A stretch of DNA of 55,474 bases, taken from the IMG/VR virus record IMGVR_UViG_3300037231_000117, positions 1 to 55,474 of that record; one strand, 5' to 3'. Both the position numbers and the translations under genes were made by a program. The notes below the pieces were generated by a model, which did no database searches, had not been told where the DNA came from, and worked only from the letters and a program-made list of their open reading frames with translations. This document shows positions 27,201 through 36,344 of the stretch, one piece after another; positions within the stretch are counted from its first letter, which is position 1; every line of letters starts with the position of its first letter. The stretch is from a virus. Lineage: Duplodnaviria > Caudoviricetes.

Positions 27201-30200
27201 GTAGCGAGTATAAATGTTCTCGCCGTTCTCAATCTTCTGGGCGATTTCCTTTCCGACTAGATCGGCCACTCGCCCAATCGAAATTCCATCTTCGTTGATG
27301 AGAGAGTTGCGGCCCTTCGACGCCACGATGTTGTACTTGCCGTCGTCTCGTTTTGTGTAGCCGATCCGATCAATCTGCTTGGACAGGTCATACCGATCGG
27401 CCTGTGCATCGCCGGGTGTCCACGCTACGCGATCGAAGCCATGATCCACCGCGTATTGCGTCATCCGCTTCATCGCGAGCATCGGCCATGTCGTTTTGAA
27501 CGGCGCGTCTGGGACGCCACTCGGAGTGTCGTAGCCCTGCCGACGTCCAGCCTGGTGCCAGTCTGATTGGATCTCCTCGATATGCAGCACCTTGGCGCCG
27601 TCCGGTGCGGTGCGCTCGGCAAAGCGCGTGTGCGCCACGACGTTCGGTTCGTCCCAGTGGGATGAACGGTAGGCCGTTTGCTCTCCGGTCATTACGGTCC
27701 GACCGTCAGCAATTCGCAGAGCCTCTTGATGGATGCGATCTGCTTCCGCTGTATTTCCATCCTCCATAGCATCATGCTCAGCGGCCTGTAGTGCTTGAAG
27801 ACGCGCCCCGATTCGTTCGTCGGCTGTCGCCGGAAGCGTCATCAGCATCTCGCGGTAGTTCTGACCGCCCGGCAGCGTGTATTGGCCGAACTTAGTCTTG
27901 GTATATTCCGACAAATACGGGTTCGGTTGGCGCGAAAGCTCGTTTAAGAGCCGGCCCATTTCGTCATCTTCGACCGGCGTCAGTCCGCGCCTTTCTCCCC
28001 CAAACCTTCGCGCACTTTCGTCGCGGTCATTAAGCTCCTGAAACCGATCCCGCTTGGCAGCGACGTCCGGCGCCTCGATCGGAGCGCCCCTTACGACGTC
28101 GCGCATGTCGAGCCGGTTGGCGCGTAGATAGTCCAGCACTTCGCCCTTGGTGACAGATTTCGGCTGCTTGCCGAGCCAGTCATCAAGCCCGGTCCACGCG
28201 CGTTCCTCGGGCTTCACGCCGGCCATGTTCCTGATCGTGGCGAGCCACTGGCCCGGTGTGGCCTTCTCCTGTTTGATGCCCTCTACCGCCCGCGTCAGCG
28301 CAGAGAACAGCGGCGTGCTGCCTTCCTCGCGGTCTTCCTGGCGGCGCGGCGAAAACTGCACACCGCCCTCCAGCGACGTGACCGGCCGCGTCTTGATGAT
28401 AGCCTCGATCGCGGTGGCGGCGGCCGTCGGCTCGGTCGGAACGAAAAACCGGGTCCGGCTGGCGATCCGCTCGCTGAATACCCCCGACCGCGCCAACTCA
28501 TCGCCGTAGCGGTAATCCGGACCCACCAGTTCGATGCGCGGTTCGCCAGCGACCAGAGAGCGCTTGATGGTCCAATCGTTCGCCAGCCGCGCGGTTGCGC
28601 CATTCAGCACCTGCGTCGCGATCTCGCCCGGCGACCCCGTCACCTTGACACCCTCGGCGCCGAGGCTTTTGAGCGTGGCATCGACACGCGAGGCCGGCAC
28701 GACGCGGCCCAACATCCGCTCGCCCTGGTCGGTCTGGAGCCGGAAAATCTTCGGGTTGCCGCCAAGCCGGTCCCAGATCGGCAGCACGGCGCCGGTGATG
28801 ATGTGCAAGCTGCTGTTGCGGAATTCGGGCGTCGCCGCGACCTGGTTGTCCCATAGCGGCTTGGCGTCTGCCGGCGTCAACCGTCTCCAGTTGTCGCGAT
28901 CGACCTTTTCGCGGTCCAGAAACTGATAGTCGGTCGGCGAGGTCAGCCGCGCCTGGGGGATGATCCGCCCATCCGCGTCGGTGTAATTGCCGGCCGAGGT
29001 CACCGCGAACACGCGCCCGCTTTGGACGTTCTGGATGAAGGTGTCCGGCTTCATGCCGTTGGTCTTGTTGCGCCCGGCCAACGTCTCGGCGAACCCGACC
29101 GGCTCATTCCGGTTCTGTGCGTTCAGGTGGACATGCTTGGTCTCGGCGCCCGAGCGCGGGTCGGTATAGACCGTCTGCTCGCTCAGTTTGGTGATCTTGT
29201 CCGCCTTGTAAGTCTCGACGCCGGTATCCAGCGTGCCGGCGGCGGACGCGCGGGCAATCGCCAGGTCCATGCGGTCACTGAACGCCTGGAAAACCCCGTT
29301 CTGATGATCGACCTTCAGCGACAGCACGCGGTTGAGGAACTGCGACATTTCCGGCAGCGGGGAAACGAGCGCGCCGTTATCATCGCGCATCTTCAAGCCC
29401 ATGCTCTTTTCGAGATCGTCTATCGAGACGCCCTCGACCTGGCCCATGGTCACGTCCTTGAAGAACTGGATCAGTCCGTCCCTGGCCTCGGTGCTTTCGA
29501 GGTTGTCCCGCATCCCGAACATGCCCTGGTCGGCCGCCCGGCGCTCGCCCTTGGTCAGCGCGCCCAACTGCGCCAGGCGCCGCGCGATCGAGGATATGAA
29601 CCGCTTCTGGCCTTGGAGGTCGGTGGTCACAAGATGGAAGATCGGCGCCGACGCCTGGTTGGTACGGTGCGTGCGGCCGAAGCCCTGGACTGCCTTGTCG
29701 GCCCGCCAGCCGCCTTGCACGAGGTAGTGCGACCGGCGCGCATCCTGACTGCCCGAACCGTTCTCTGCGTGGTAGCTGCGCCCGGTGCCGCCAGCCTCGG
29801 AGAACACCAGTATCGGCTTCTTGCCTGCCTGGAAGCTGCTGGCATCGGCGACGTTGGCGCCCGCGCCGCGCTGCTCGACCATCGTCTTGAGCTGCCCGCT
29901 TTCGTCCACCTGACGAACGACCCGCTGCTTGCGTCCTGTCACCTCGGCGACTTTGTCGGAACCAAAGTGATTGAGCAGCATTTCCAACGGACCATCGGGC
30001 ACGCGCAGGCTGCCGATCTGGTCAAGCAGGCGTTCCCGTCCCGCGACGGCCGCTTTGTTGATCACCGCCTCTCCGTTGCTGTCTGTCGCCGGACGCGACC
30101 GGAGGTTGCCGTTGTCATCGACATATTCCTCCATCTGCTGCACGGGATAGGCTTTCTCGACCAACTGCATGAGCTGGTCGCGCGGCGTCATATCGAGGTC

Positions 30201-33200
30201 CTCGATGTCCCCGTCGCCTGACGCCCGCGCCTTCTCCAACGCGCGCTCTTGCGCCGCCTCCATGGTGTTGACCAACTGCAACACTGCCTGGCGCCCGGCC
30301 TTCAGGTCTGCCTCAACCCCACGGATGACCGACGGCATCTGCATCGAGGTGATGATCTGGTTGAAAAACCGCTGATGGCCGCCCCAAAAGGCGGACATGA
30401 CGGCGGCTTTCGCCCGTGGGTTTTTCGTCTTGCCGTCCTCGGTTATGCCGGTTGCTTCGAGCGCCGCGTTGAAGTTCCGAAGCACCAACTGCCAGCCTTC
30501 GGCCAGCTTGTCGTATGTGTCCCGCTGATCAGCACTGAGGACGTGTTCGACCCGATCGTAATCCACGCCGTCATAGGACAGGTTGCGGGCGATGTAGTGC
30601 CCGAGCGCCTTCATGTCGCGGGCGACGAGTTCCATCCCGGCGATGCCGCCGCTGGACACCTGGCCGATGAAGTCATCCCGGTTCGCAAAGGCAGTCCCTT
30701 CGCCCCACAGGCCCAATCGGGTCATATACGCGAGGTTGGAAACTTCGGTGGCCCCCGTCGCCGACACATAGACCACGCGGGCATTCGGCAATTCGTCCTG
30801 AAGCCGCATGCCTGCTAAGGCTTTTTGCGCCGCTTTCTTCACGCCGCGAGTGCCCTTCGTATCAACGGAATTACCCATGTTGTGGGCCTCATCGAAGGCG
30901 ATCACGCCGTCGAAGTCTTTGCCCACCCATTTGATGATCTGATCGACGCGCGTTTGTCCGGCCGCACCCGGGGTAAGCGAGCCGCGCCTGGTCGGGTCGC
31001 CGTTCTCTTTCCAAAGGTGGGCGTCGCCGATGGTTTCGGTTGTGCCGTCTGCCTTCTCAATTGCCCAGGCGGGGTACTTCTCTTTTGTTGGACCGCTTTG
31101 GATCGTCCCGGTGTCGGTCTTTGTCGGGTCGTTAGCGTCAGTGTGCCATGTGACGCGGGAGCCAACCTTGAAACCACCGGTGGGCGCGGTCTTTTCCTCC
31201 GACTTCAGCGTGTCGTAACTGGTGAACAGGATGCCCTTGTCAGCCTTGATCGTGTCGCCCGGCTTGAGCTTGCCGTGGTCGATGATGTCCGTCGCCGGTT
31301 GCCCCATGCCGTTCCAATCCCGTCGGGCATCGTTGACCAGCGCCCGTTTCTCGGACACCCAGACGGCTTTGGTGCGGCCGTTCTTGAAGTTGTCGAGGAC
31401 TGTGCCGGCGATCTCGCGGCCCTTGCCGACGCCGGTACCGTCGCCGATTAGAAACCCGCGCCGCCGGCCATCGGCCATAACGTCGCTGTGCGCGTGCCCG
31501 GCATAGACGATCGCCTCAAGCTGGGCATCCGACAGCGCGCCGGACTTGACCAGCGCGATCGGGATGCGCGGCTTGTAGCCGGTGACCGGCGGCATGACCG
31601 TCGCCATGGCGGCGGACTGCACCAGTTCGCCCGGGTGCGGCCTCGCGCCGGCGATCTGCACGCGCTGGGGTTTGTAGGCCTCATAGACGGCTTCGCTGAC
31701 GGCTTGGTTGTCCGGTGCGGAAATGGCGTTCTCTGTCGCCAGGACCGCCTCGGGCGCCGGCGTCAGTCCGGGATCGTCTCGCTCTCCGCTACCATCAGGT
31801 CGTACGCCGTCTCCACCGCTATCGTTGCGGCCTCCGCCGGCGTCGCCGCCCGGTCCTCCAGTTGCGACGTGAGGCTCTCCTCCTGCTCGTCCCTGTCCAG
31901 GTTCGGATTGGACAGGAACCACTCCGTAGCCCGCATCGCCTGGTTCGGTCCCGACCCCAGCAGGGCGTTCACCGCGGACTCCAGGTTCGCGCGTTCCGGC
32001 TGGCTCGCTGACACCGGCGGCGATATCTCCACCACCCCCTTCTCCAGCCCCCACGCCGCCAGTTGGGCGATGTAGCTCACTGCCGGGTCCGGCGACGCCT
32101 TCGCCTCCCGCAGCCACTTCAGGGCCGCCTGGTTGATCGGCCACTGGTTCGACGGTGCTTCGCTCATCCCTTACACCCTGGAGTCGATCGATAACGTCGG
32201 CCGCATCGTGCGCCTGGCCGGTAACCAACGGCCTGCCGCTCGGCGGGTTCTTGTCAATTACCAACAATCGCGTCGGAAAGCTTGTGCCATATTTCGTGTA
32301 GATGTCGCGATCGACGCCGATGTTGGCGCGAACGTCGTATTCGGCGCCGATCTTTGCCCACCAGTCGCGAAAAGCCTTACCGGTTCCCTGCCGGCCGGTA
32401 CCTACGGCCGGGGTGCCTTCTGGCTTCATGCCGTCGCCGACGATCGCCACCAGCCGGCCGCCTGGCTCTAGCCGGGCCAAAGCCGCCTCGATGTGCTTGG
32501 CGCCCTCATCGAGCACCATGCGGCCACCCATGCGTTCGGCGGCGCGGCTGAATGGCGGGTTCATCACCACCACGGTCGGCCGCACGTCCGCCGGCAGGAT
32601 GTTGTGCAGTTGGGCCGCGTCCTCGCCAGCGACGCGCGTGGGGTGCAGTGCGGCGATCATGCCGCGGCGCTTGTCGCTCAATTCGTTGACCGTCGTCTCG
32701 CGCACGCCGGCGTTCATGGCATGGACGATCAGGCCGCCGACACCGGCGGACGGTTCCAGCACGTGATCGTCCGGCCGCAGGTTGGCGACCCAATTTGCCG
32801 CGAAGGCGTAATCGGGCGGCGTCGAGAACTGCTGGTAAGCGTCCTTTTCGCCGGCGCGGACGGTCTGCGTCGGCAGATTGTCCTTCAGCGCGGCCAGCTC
32901 GCGGGCGGCGGCTTCGGCCTGCGGAGCGTCAACCGCCGGATTGAAGCGTTCCGGATGGCGCTGGATGAAGCGGTTTACGCCGAGTTCAAGCGCGTCATAG
33001 AGCCGATCGCGGGTGAAGGCGCCGGACGCCAGCGTGCCGCCATAGGTGTTTTCCGCCAGCGCTTGGAGTTCCCGCGACGACAGCGGCGAAACGCCCTCCG
33101 CCACAGGCTGCTCCAGGCGGGACGCGATACCTTCGGCCAGAGCGTGGTCGCGATCCGCCGTGCGGGCGTCCGGCGCTTCCGGGATCGGCGCGGGGTTCGA

Positions 33201-36200
33201 CGGCGGTGCTGGTACCAGCGAGTCCGAAGCGGGGGCACCGGCCTCTACCGGTAGCCTGTACTCGGGTTCGCGCCCCTCGAACGTCGGATGCCACTCTGCG
33301 ACCTGGTATTCGGGGCGGTTGGTGCGATCGACCGTGATCTCTCGCGAGCCTGGCCGAATGCCGACCGGCTCGGTGGCGCGCACGCCGTTCTCGACGTAGG
33401 ACCGCACCCCACGCTGATCTTCATAAAGCGTCTGACCGATGTGGTTCTTGCCGATCTCGGTCCGGCCGTCCGGTGCGACGACGGGCGTCGCGTTCGTTCC
33501 AGCCTGGCGCAGCGCCGTGCGGGTGTCGCGCGCCATCTTCTCCCACGTCCAGCCGGCCGCGCGCGGATCGACGCCGGCCTTCGCGACCAGCGCCGCACGC
33601 TGATCGTTCGGCATGGCGTTCCACCATCCGGGCGAGTCCGGCGGCACCGTGCCGGGCGGCTGGATGTGCGTTGTCTTGCCGGTTTCCAGGCTGGTGAGGA
33701 TCAGGCCCGGATGCTCGGTCGGCGGTCTGCCCAGGTTTACAACCTGGTCAGCCTTCGTGGACTCAACCTGAGTCTGATCCGACAGCGCCTCGGCCGTCGC
33801 ACCGAGTTCGTTCCGCACCTTCGCCATCTCCGGCGTGTCGGCCGCCGGGTGCGTGACCGCGTCGAGTTTTTGACGCACGTCATCGAGCCGCGCCTTCGTG
33901 GGCGCCGGCAGCTTCGTTTCGTCGCCCGCGACCGGCCGCACGATCGCCGCCTCGGTCTGCGTCAGCAGCTTGGCCTGCGGTGTGGCCGCAGCCTTTGCGT
34001 CACGCTCCGCCGCCAACTGATCGAGCCAGCGGCGCAATTTCAGCACGACCGCCCGCGTGGCATCTTGGGCTTCGGGCGATCCCGCCGTCGGTATGACCGG
34101 GTTTACAACCTGGTCTGCCACAACCCGATCCCGCTCCGCCCGGTCTCGCATCTGCCCCAGCGCGGCCTGTTCGCGCTCAACCGGCGTGCCGAACCGCGCG
34201 GCATACATCTGCGCCAGGGTGTCGTGGATTTCGCCGATGTTCGTCACCCAATTCTGCGACCTTGTCCCGGAATCGCCGAAGATTCCGCGCACCGTCTCCA
34301 TCGCCGATTTCAGGCCGTCGATCAGGTTGCCAAGCACATCGCCGGCGACGCTGTTGCCGAACCGCTGCTGGATGGCGTCCACCACGCGCGGCAGGAACGA
34401 TTGGAACTTCGGCGCCTCGCCGCCGATATCCGATCCCAGCTCGTTTATCAGGTGCGCCTGGACCGCGGCGGCGTGGGCGGTGTCGCCTTCAGGACCGGCG
34501 CCGAAGCCTGCGCGCGCCGGCGCGGTCGAGCCGAATGTTGCCTGCGCGTAACGCGTACCCGCAGGGGTGATGCCGGCCGCGATCTGCTGATTGAGCAACT
34601 GGCCAAGATCGGTGCCGTCGGGCAGCGTCGTGGTCTGGAGAACGTGGGTAAACTCGTGCCCGGCCACCTGCGCGACATTGCGGGCCGGGTCGCTGCTCAG
34701 AAAGATCGTGTTCGGCTGGCTCGGGTCCATCGCGCCGTCAAACGGGATCGCGCCGTCGTCCTTGTAGAACACGACATCGACGCCAGCCTGTCCGTAGTGA
34801 GCGCGCAGCGCGTCCGCGGTTTCGGTGGAAATAGCCGGCTCGGCGCCAGGTGCGGGCGGCTCCGCCGATGGGGTCCACACCTCGATCGGATGCGTGATCT
34901 CCGTACCCGAGGCATCGGTCGTGCGGAAATGGTAGCCGCCGTCCGGCGCCTGTTCCACGGTGCCGGCACCGGTGTTGTCGAACAGCTTGAGCAGTGCGGC
35001 CTGCTGCAAGTCGGCACTGTCGCCCGTTGCCAGGTTCCCGGCCTCGGCATTGACGTCGATCGGCGCCCCCTCCGCGGGAGCGGACACAGCCTGTCTCGCC
35101 GTGTCGATGGCGGTGTCAACGTCCGGCGCATTGAGCACGTCCGCGACGGCCGGACGCGGCTGCACGTTCGGACGCCCCGGCATGGCCCGCCCGGCCAGCC
35201 TGCCGGCGCCGCCCAACACGGCCGCCGCGCCAGGCAGCAACGCGCCGGCGACGAACTGTAGGCCGAGGTCTTTACCGACGCCCTCGCCGATGTCCTGGTC
35301 CGGTTTGTAGGTCGCCTTGGCGATGACGTTGTCGGCCACGGCCTGCAACTGGCTGAAGGCGGTGAGGGTGGCACCGGACTTCGCCATATCGGCGAGCGTG
35401 GTCAGGAACTGGCCCCGCGCGGCACCCGGAATGCTGGCTGCCAACTCGATCGCCTGGTGGATCGGGACGGTCATCAGGCCGCCATCGACTAAGCCGCGGA
35501 ACAGCCCTGCGGTCGCTGCGTCTTCGTCTGTCGCTCCGGCTTGCTTGGCCTCATCGTAGCCCGCGCCGTAGCCCTGGACCCCCGCGAGGCCGATGACCGC
35601 TGCCGGGCCGCCGGCGACGCCCGCGCCGATGTAAGTCAGCAGGCCGCCGGCGAGATTGACGGCTTTGACGGACAGCCGCTGTTTTTCCTCATCCGTCATC
35701 GGGAAGGCTGCATTGCCGTAGTCGGTGACGGCTTGACCGGCGCCGCTGACGGAGCCGCCGACGTTCTTGACGGCCTGTCCTGCCTGTCCGAGTCCGGTGT
35801 CTTGCGGCTGCACCGCAACCTCGCCCTCGATCCTGGCCCTGATCTTGGCCCGCGTGTCCGCGTCGGAAGCGGCATACGCTTGACCAAACTCGAAGTCGGC
35901 GGCGGCCGGACTGGCTACGCCACCGGCTGTTGGCGGCTGGATGTGTTGTCCGCCGTCGATGCGGTCCATCAGACCAAGCTGACCGCGCAGCACCGCATCG
36001 GAGTTCTGTGCGGCGGCCTGCAAGGCGGTGCCAGCGCCGGTCACCATCTCGCCACCGGCTTTGACCAGTCCGCCGGCGATATCGGTCGGTTGGAGCGCAA
36101 TCGCCTTGCCGATGCCCCCGAGGGTGGACGACGGCGGCGTCGTGTCAGGCGACGCTGGCTGGACGGCAAGATGATCGATGATCTCGTTGGGCAGGTAGCC

Positions 36201-36344
36201 GGCCTTCAGCGCGGCGTCGGTGTTGAAGTTCGCCAGGCCGCCGACATAGCTCGCGATCTCGCCGTCCGAGTAGCCGGCTGAACGCGCGCCGGCGACATCG
36301 AACGGGATCGACCCGGCTGCTGCTGGTTCGCCGCCGTCAGGCAT
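24204..36344 (-). CDS. Giant (4046 aa) polyvalent internal virion/ejection protein: zincin peptidase, N6A-methyltransferase, Strawberry-notch SF2 helicase, unknown EEIQSD domain, LPD38-like C-terminus
   Basis: HEFTH (34644-58); LEPSAGVGG and NPPF (32550-61); GDGTGVGKGR, FDEAH, SATG, QGFGRTHR; RDANFWF..RIPMGFE..N..GTGAPI; last gene of the ejection cluster. Confidence 0.88.
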   Translation of the reverse strand: MPDGGEPAAAGSIPFDVAGARSAGYSDGEIASYVGGLANFNTDAALKAGYLPNEIIDHLAVQPASPDTTPPSSTLGGIGKAIALQPTDIAGGLVKAGGEMVTGAGTALQAAAQNSDAVLRGQLGLMDRIDGGQHIQPPTAGGVASPAAADFEFGQAYAASDADTRAKIRARIEGEVAVQPQDTGLGQAGQAVKNVGGSVSGAGQAVTDYGNAAFPMTDEEKQRLSVKAVNLAGGLLTYIGAGVAGGPAAVIGLAGVQGYGAGYDEAKQAGATDEDAATAGLFRGLVDGGLMTVPIHQAIELAASIPGAARGQFLTTLADMAKSGATLTAFSQLQAVADNVIAKATYKPDQDIGEGVGKDLGLQFVAGALLPGAAAVLGGAGRLAGRAMPGRPNVQPRPAVADVLNAPDVDTAIDTARQAVSAPAEGAPIDVNAEAGNLATGDSADLQQAALLKLFDNTGAGTVEQAPDGGYHFRTTDASGTEITHPIEVWTPSAEPPAPGAEPAISTETADALRAHYGQAGVDVVFYKDDGAIPFDGAMDPSQPNTIFLSSDPARNVAQVAGHEFTHVLQTTTLPDGTDLGQLLNQQIAAGITPAGTRYAQATFGSTAPARAGFGAGPEGDTAHAAAVQAHLINELGSDIGGEAPKFQSFLPRVVDAIQQRFGNSVAGDVLGNLIDGLKSAMETVRGIFGDSGTRSQNWVTNIGEIHDTLAQMYAARFGTPVEREQAALGQMRDRAERDRVVADQVVNPVIPTAGSPEAQDATRAVVLKLRRWLDQLAAERDAKAAATPQAKLLTQTEAAIVRPVAGDETKLPAPTKARLDDVRQKLDAVTHPAADTPEMAKVRNELGATAEALSDQTQVESTKADQVVNLGRPPTEHPGLILTSLETGKTTHIQPPGTVPPDSPGWWNAMPNDQRAALVAKAGVDPRAAGWTWEKMARDTRTALRQAGTNATPVVAPDGRTEIGKNHIGQTLYEDQRGVRSYVENGVRATEPVGIRPGSREITVDRTNRPEYQVAEWHPTFEGREPEYRLPVEAGAPASDSLVPAPPSNPAPIPEAPDARTADRDHALAEGIASRLEQPVAEGVSPLSSRELQALAENTYGGTLASGAFTRDRLYDALELGVNRFIQRHPERFNPAVDAPQAEAAARELAALKDNLPTQTVRAGEKDAYQQFSTPPDYAFAANWVANLRPDDHVLEPSAGVGGLIVHAMNAGVRETTVNELSDKRRGMIAALHPTRVAGEDAAQLHNILPADVRPTVVVMNPPFSRAAERMGGRMVLDEGAKHIEAALARLEPGGRLVAIVGDGMKPEGTPAVGTGRQGTGKAFRDWWAKIGAEYDVRANIGVDRDIYTKYGTSFPTRLLVIDKNPPSGRPLVTGQAHDAADVIDRLQGVRDERSTVEPVADQPGGPEVAAGGEGVAGPGSELHRPTGGVGAGEGGGGDIAAGVSEPAGTREPGVRGERPAGVGTEPGDAGYGVVPVQSEPGQGRAGGEPHVATGGPGGDAGGGRNDSGGDGVRPDGSGERDDPGLTPAPEAVLATENAISAPDNQAVSEAVYEAYKPQRVQIAGARPHPGELVQSAAMATVMPPVTGYKPRIPIALVKSGALSDAQLEAIVYAGHAHSDVMADGRRRGFLIGDGTGVGKGREIAGTVLDNFKNGRTKAVWVSEKRALVNDARRDWNGMGQPATDIIDHGKLKPGDTIKADKGILFTSYDTLKSEEKTAPTGGFKVGSRVTWHTDANDPTKTDTGTIQSGPTKEKYPAWAIEKADGTTETIGDAHLWKENGDPTRRGSLTPGAAGQTRVDQIIKWVGKDFDGVIAFDEAHNMGNSVDTKGTRGVKKAAQKALAGMRLQDELPNARVVYVSATGATEVSNLAYMTRLGLWGEGTAFANRDDFIGQVSSGGIAGMELVARDMKALGHYIARNLSYDGVDYDRVEHVLSADQRDTYDKLAEGWQLVLRNFNAALEATGITEDGKTKNPRAKAAVMSAFWGGHQRFFNQIITSMQMPSVIRGVEADLKAGRQAVLQLVNTMEAAQERALEKARASGDGDIEDLDMTPRDQLMQLVEKAYPVQQMEEYVDDNGNLRSRPATDSNGEAVINKAAVAGRERLLDQIGSLRVPDGPLEMLLNHFGSDKVAEVTGRKQRVVRQVDESGQLKTMVEQRGAGANVADASSFQAGKKPILVFSEAGGTGRSYHAENGSGSQDARRSHYLVQGGWRADKAVQGFGRTHRTNQASAPIFHLVTTDLQGQKRFISSIARRLAQLGALTKGERRAADQGMFGMRDNLESTEARDGLIQFFKDVTMGQVEGVSIDDLEKSMGLKMRDDNGALVSPLPEMSQFLNRVLSLKVDHQNGVFQAFSDRMDLAIARASAAGTLDTGVETYKADKITKLSEQTVYTDPRSGAETKHVHLNAQNRNEPVGFAETLAGRNKTNGMKPDTFIQNVQSGRVFAVTSAGNYTDADGRIIPQARLTSPTDYQFLDREKVDRDNWRRLTPADAKPLWDNQVAATPEFRNSSLHIITGAVLPIWDRLGGNPKIFRLQTDQGERMLGRVVPASRVDATLKSLGAEGVKVTGSPGEIATQVLNGATARLANDWTIKRSLVAGEPRIELVGPDYRYGDELARSGVFSERIASRTRFFVPTEPTAAATAIEAIIKTRPVTSLEGGVQFSPRRQEDREEGSTPLFSALTRAVEGIKQEKATPGQWLATIRNMAGVKPEERAWTGLDDWLGKQPKSVTKGEVLDYLRANRLDMRDVVRGAPIEAPDVAAKRDRFQELNDRDESARRFGGERRGLTPVEDDEMGRLLNELSRQPNPYLSEYTKTKFGQYTLPGGQNYREMLMTLPATADERIGARLQALQAAEHDAMEDGNTAEADRIHQEALRIADGRTVMTGEQTAYRSSHWDEPNVVAHTRFAERTAPDGAKVLHIEEIQSDWHQAGRRQGYDTPSGVPDAPFKTTWPMLAMKRMTQYAVDHGFDRVAWTPGDAQADRYDLSKQIDRIGYTKRDDGKYNIVASKGRNSLINEDGISIGRVADLVGKEIAQKIENGENIYTRYKGDATGELTGLDLKVGGEGMRGFYDKQLPSEVQKLVSKFGAKVGQSEITNPAVQNASGWESTENAKPETRQSVHSFDITPQLREAVQTQGLPLFSPRQQVAVRDERETERWTPDQVAAYRNVGRVVVTPTWRERLAAATNDLGRRTVRAWLDPYIGVKADDPAGYMALRNANTTAGATEMFLTDGTLRFNGSTYAMDERNGGVEHSLVRPLHGEQDRFIWWVAANRAERLTAEDRENLWSQDDIDTIKATNQGQVPFDYHLPDGSITRSREAVYLDSLRKLDGFNKNVLDLAVQSGLLDGDRVSTLFSNPFYVPFYRVAEADGHFAGPSVTSGFVKQNAFKTLKGGTERLNNDLWDNAIKNWSHMIDASLRNRASAGVLDTGVTNGAVRELSARDIAYQSKAEKRATVWVMNTGQKQFFEVHDPLLFTAISALDFSGFRNPVMDSATKFKTILTQGVTADPRFMLRVSIRDAEQAIATAPLSYNVAKNVISGYGMGDLPGALKNVARAIAGQQLHRLNLGNEAADAIAGGGTMRLGSGHDTGGRRTDLDTMLDRPDTINAFWHRVSQIARAYKEVSAQSEDVQRFALYHKLIADGVPHDQAAFAARDLEDFTLKGAGAIARVLTQTVPFMNAWAQGLYKVGRAAANQDRNIAVAVGARVAASATKRVAIVLGATSLLTLALDAIYANDEDYKKRTEYDRDANFWFKFGNTQFRIPMGFEIAAMSRIAANGVEAIFGRNEMTPRRFANSVLQILGTNMSLSPVPQIVRPVLDLLENESGTGAPIIGKGMDRLRSEERYTPSTTLFARAASSAGNAAARAIGGPQAQFLAPIQLDYLVNGYFGWLGSHVVNLADLTVRGADQAQAAFRGVAPVEPVRPNTDLWNQATGGMISTSTTPQSRYIDMLYQQAEGISRTYATYLDLIARGRVDDARAFSAANKDQIAKHELVDKVTEVEQMANRQIKRVGESPTLGAEQKRLEIMKYNAMRNKAAENVFGTRPQ
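31763..32167 (-). CDS. Nested overlapping gene (134 aa, +1 frame) inside the giant gene
   Basis: About 14 of 134 codons end in A/T (hand count); globular helical sequence with 4 Trp; spans the MTase-helicase linker; purine-rich tract before the ATG. Confidence 0.7.
   Translation of the reverse strand: MSEAPSNQWPINQAALKWLREAKASPDPAVSYIAQLAAWGLEKGVVEISPPVSASQPERANLESAVNALLGSGPNQAMRATEWFLSNPNLDRDEQEESLTSQLEDRAATPAEAATIAVETAYDLMVAESETIPD
33723..33753. repeat. 31-bp dispersed motif copy (others at 34089, 55219; variant at 16836)
   Basis: cggtctgcccaggtttacaacctggtcagcc; core ccaggtt-tac-aacctgg is a palindrome. Confidence 0.75.
34089..34119. repeat. 31-bp dispersed motif copy
   Basis: cggtatgaccgggtttacaacctggtctgcc. 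Confidence 0.8.

Noticed and set aside
25045-31684. Other same-strand alternative-frame ORFs inside the giant gene
   Set aside because: R/S/P/G-rich shadow translations over conserved domains, unlike 31763-32167.
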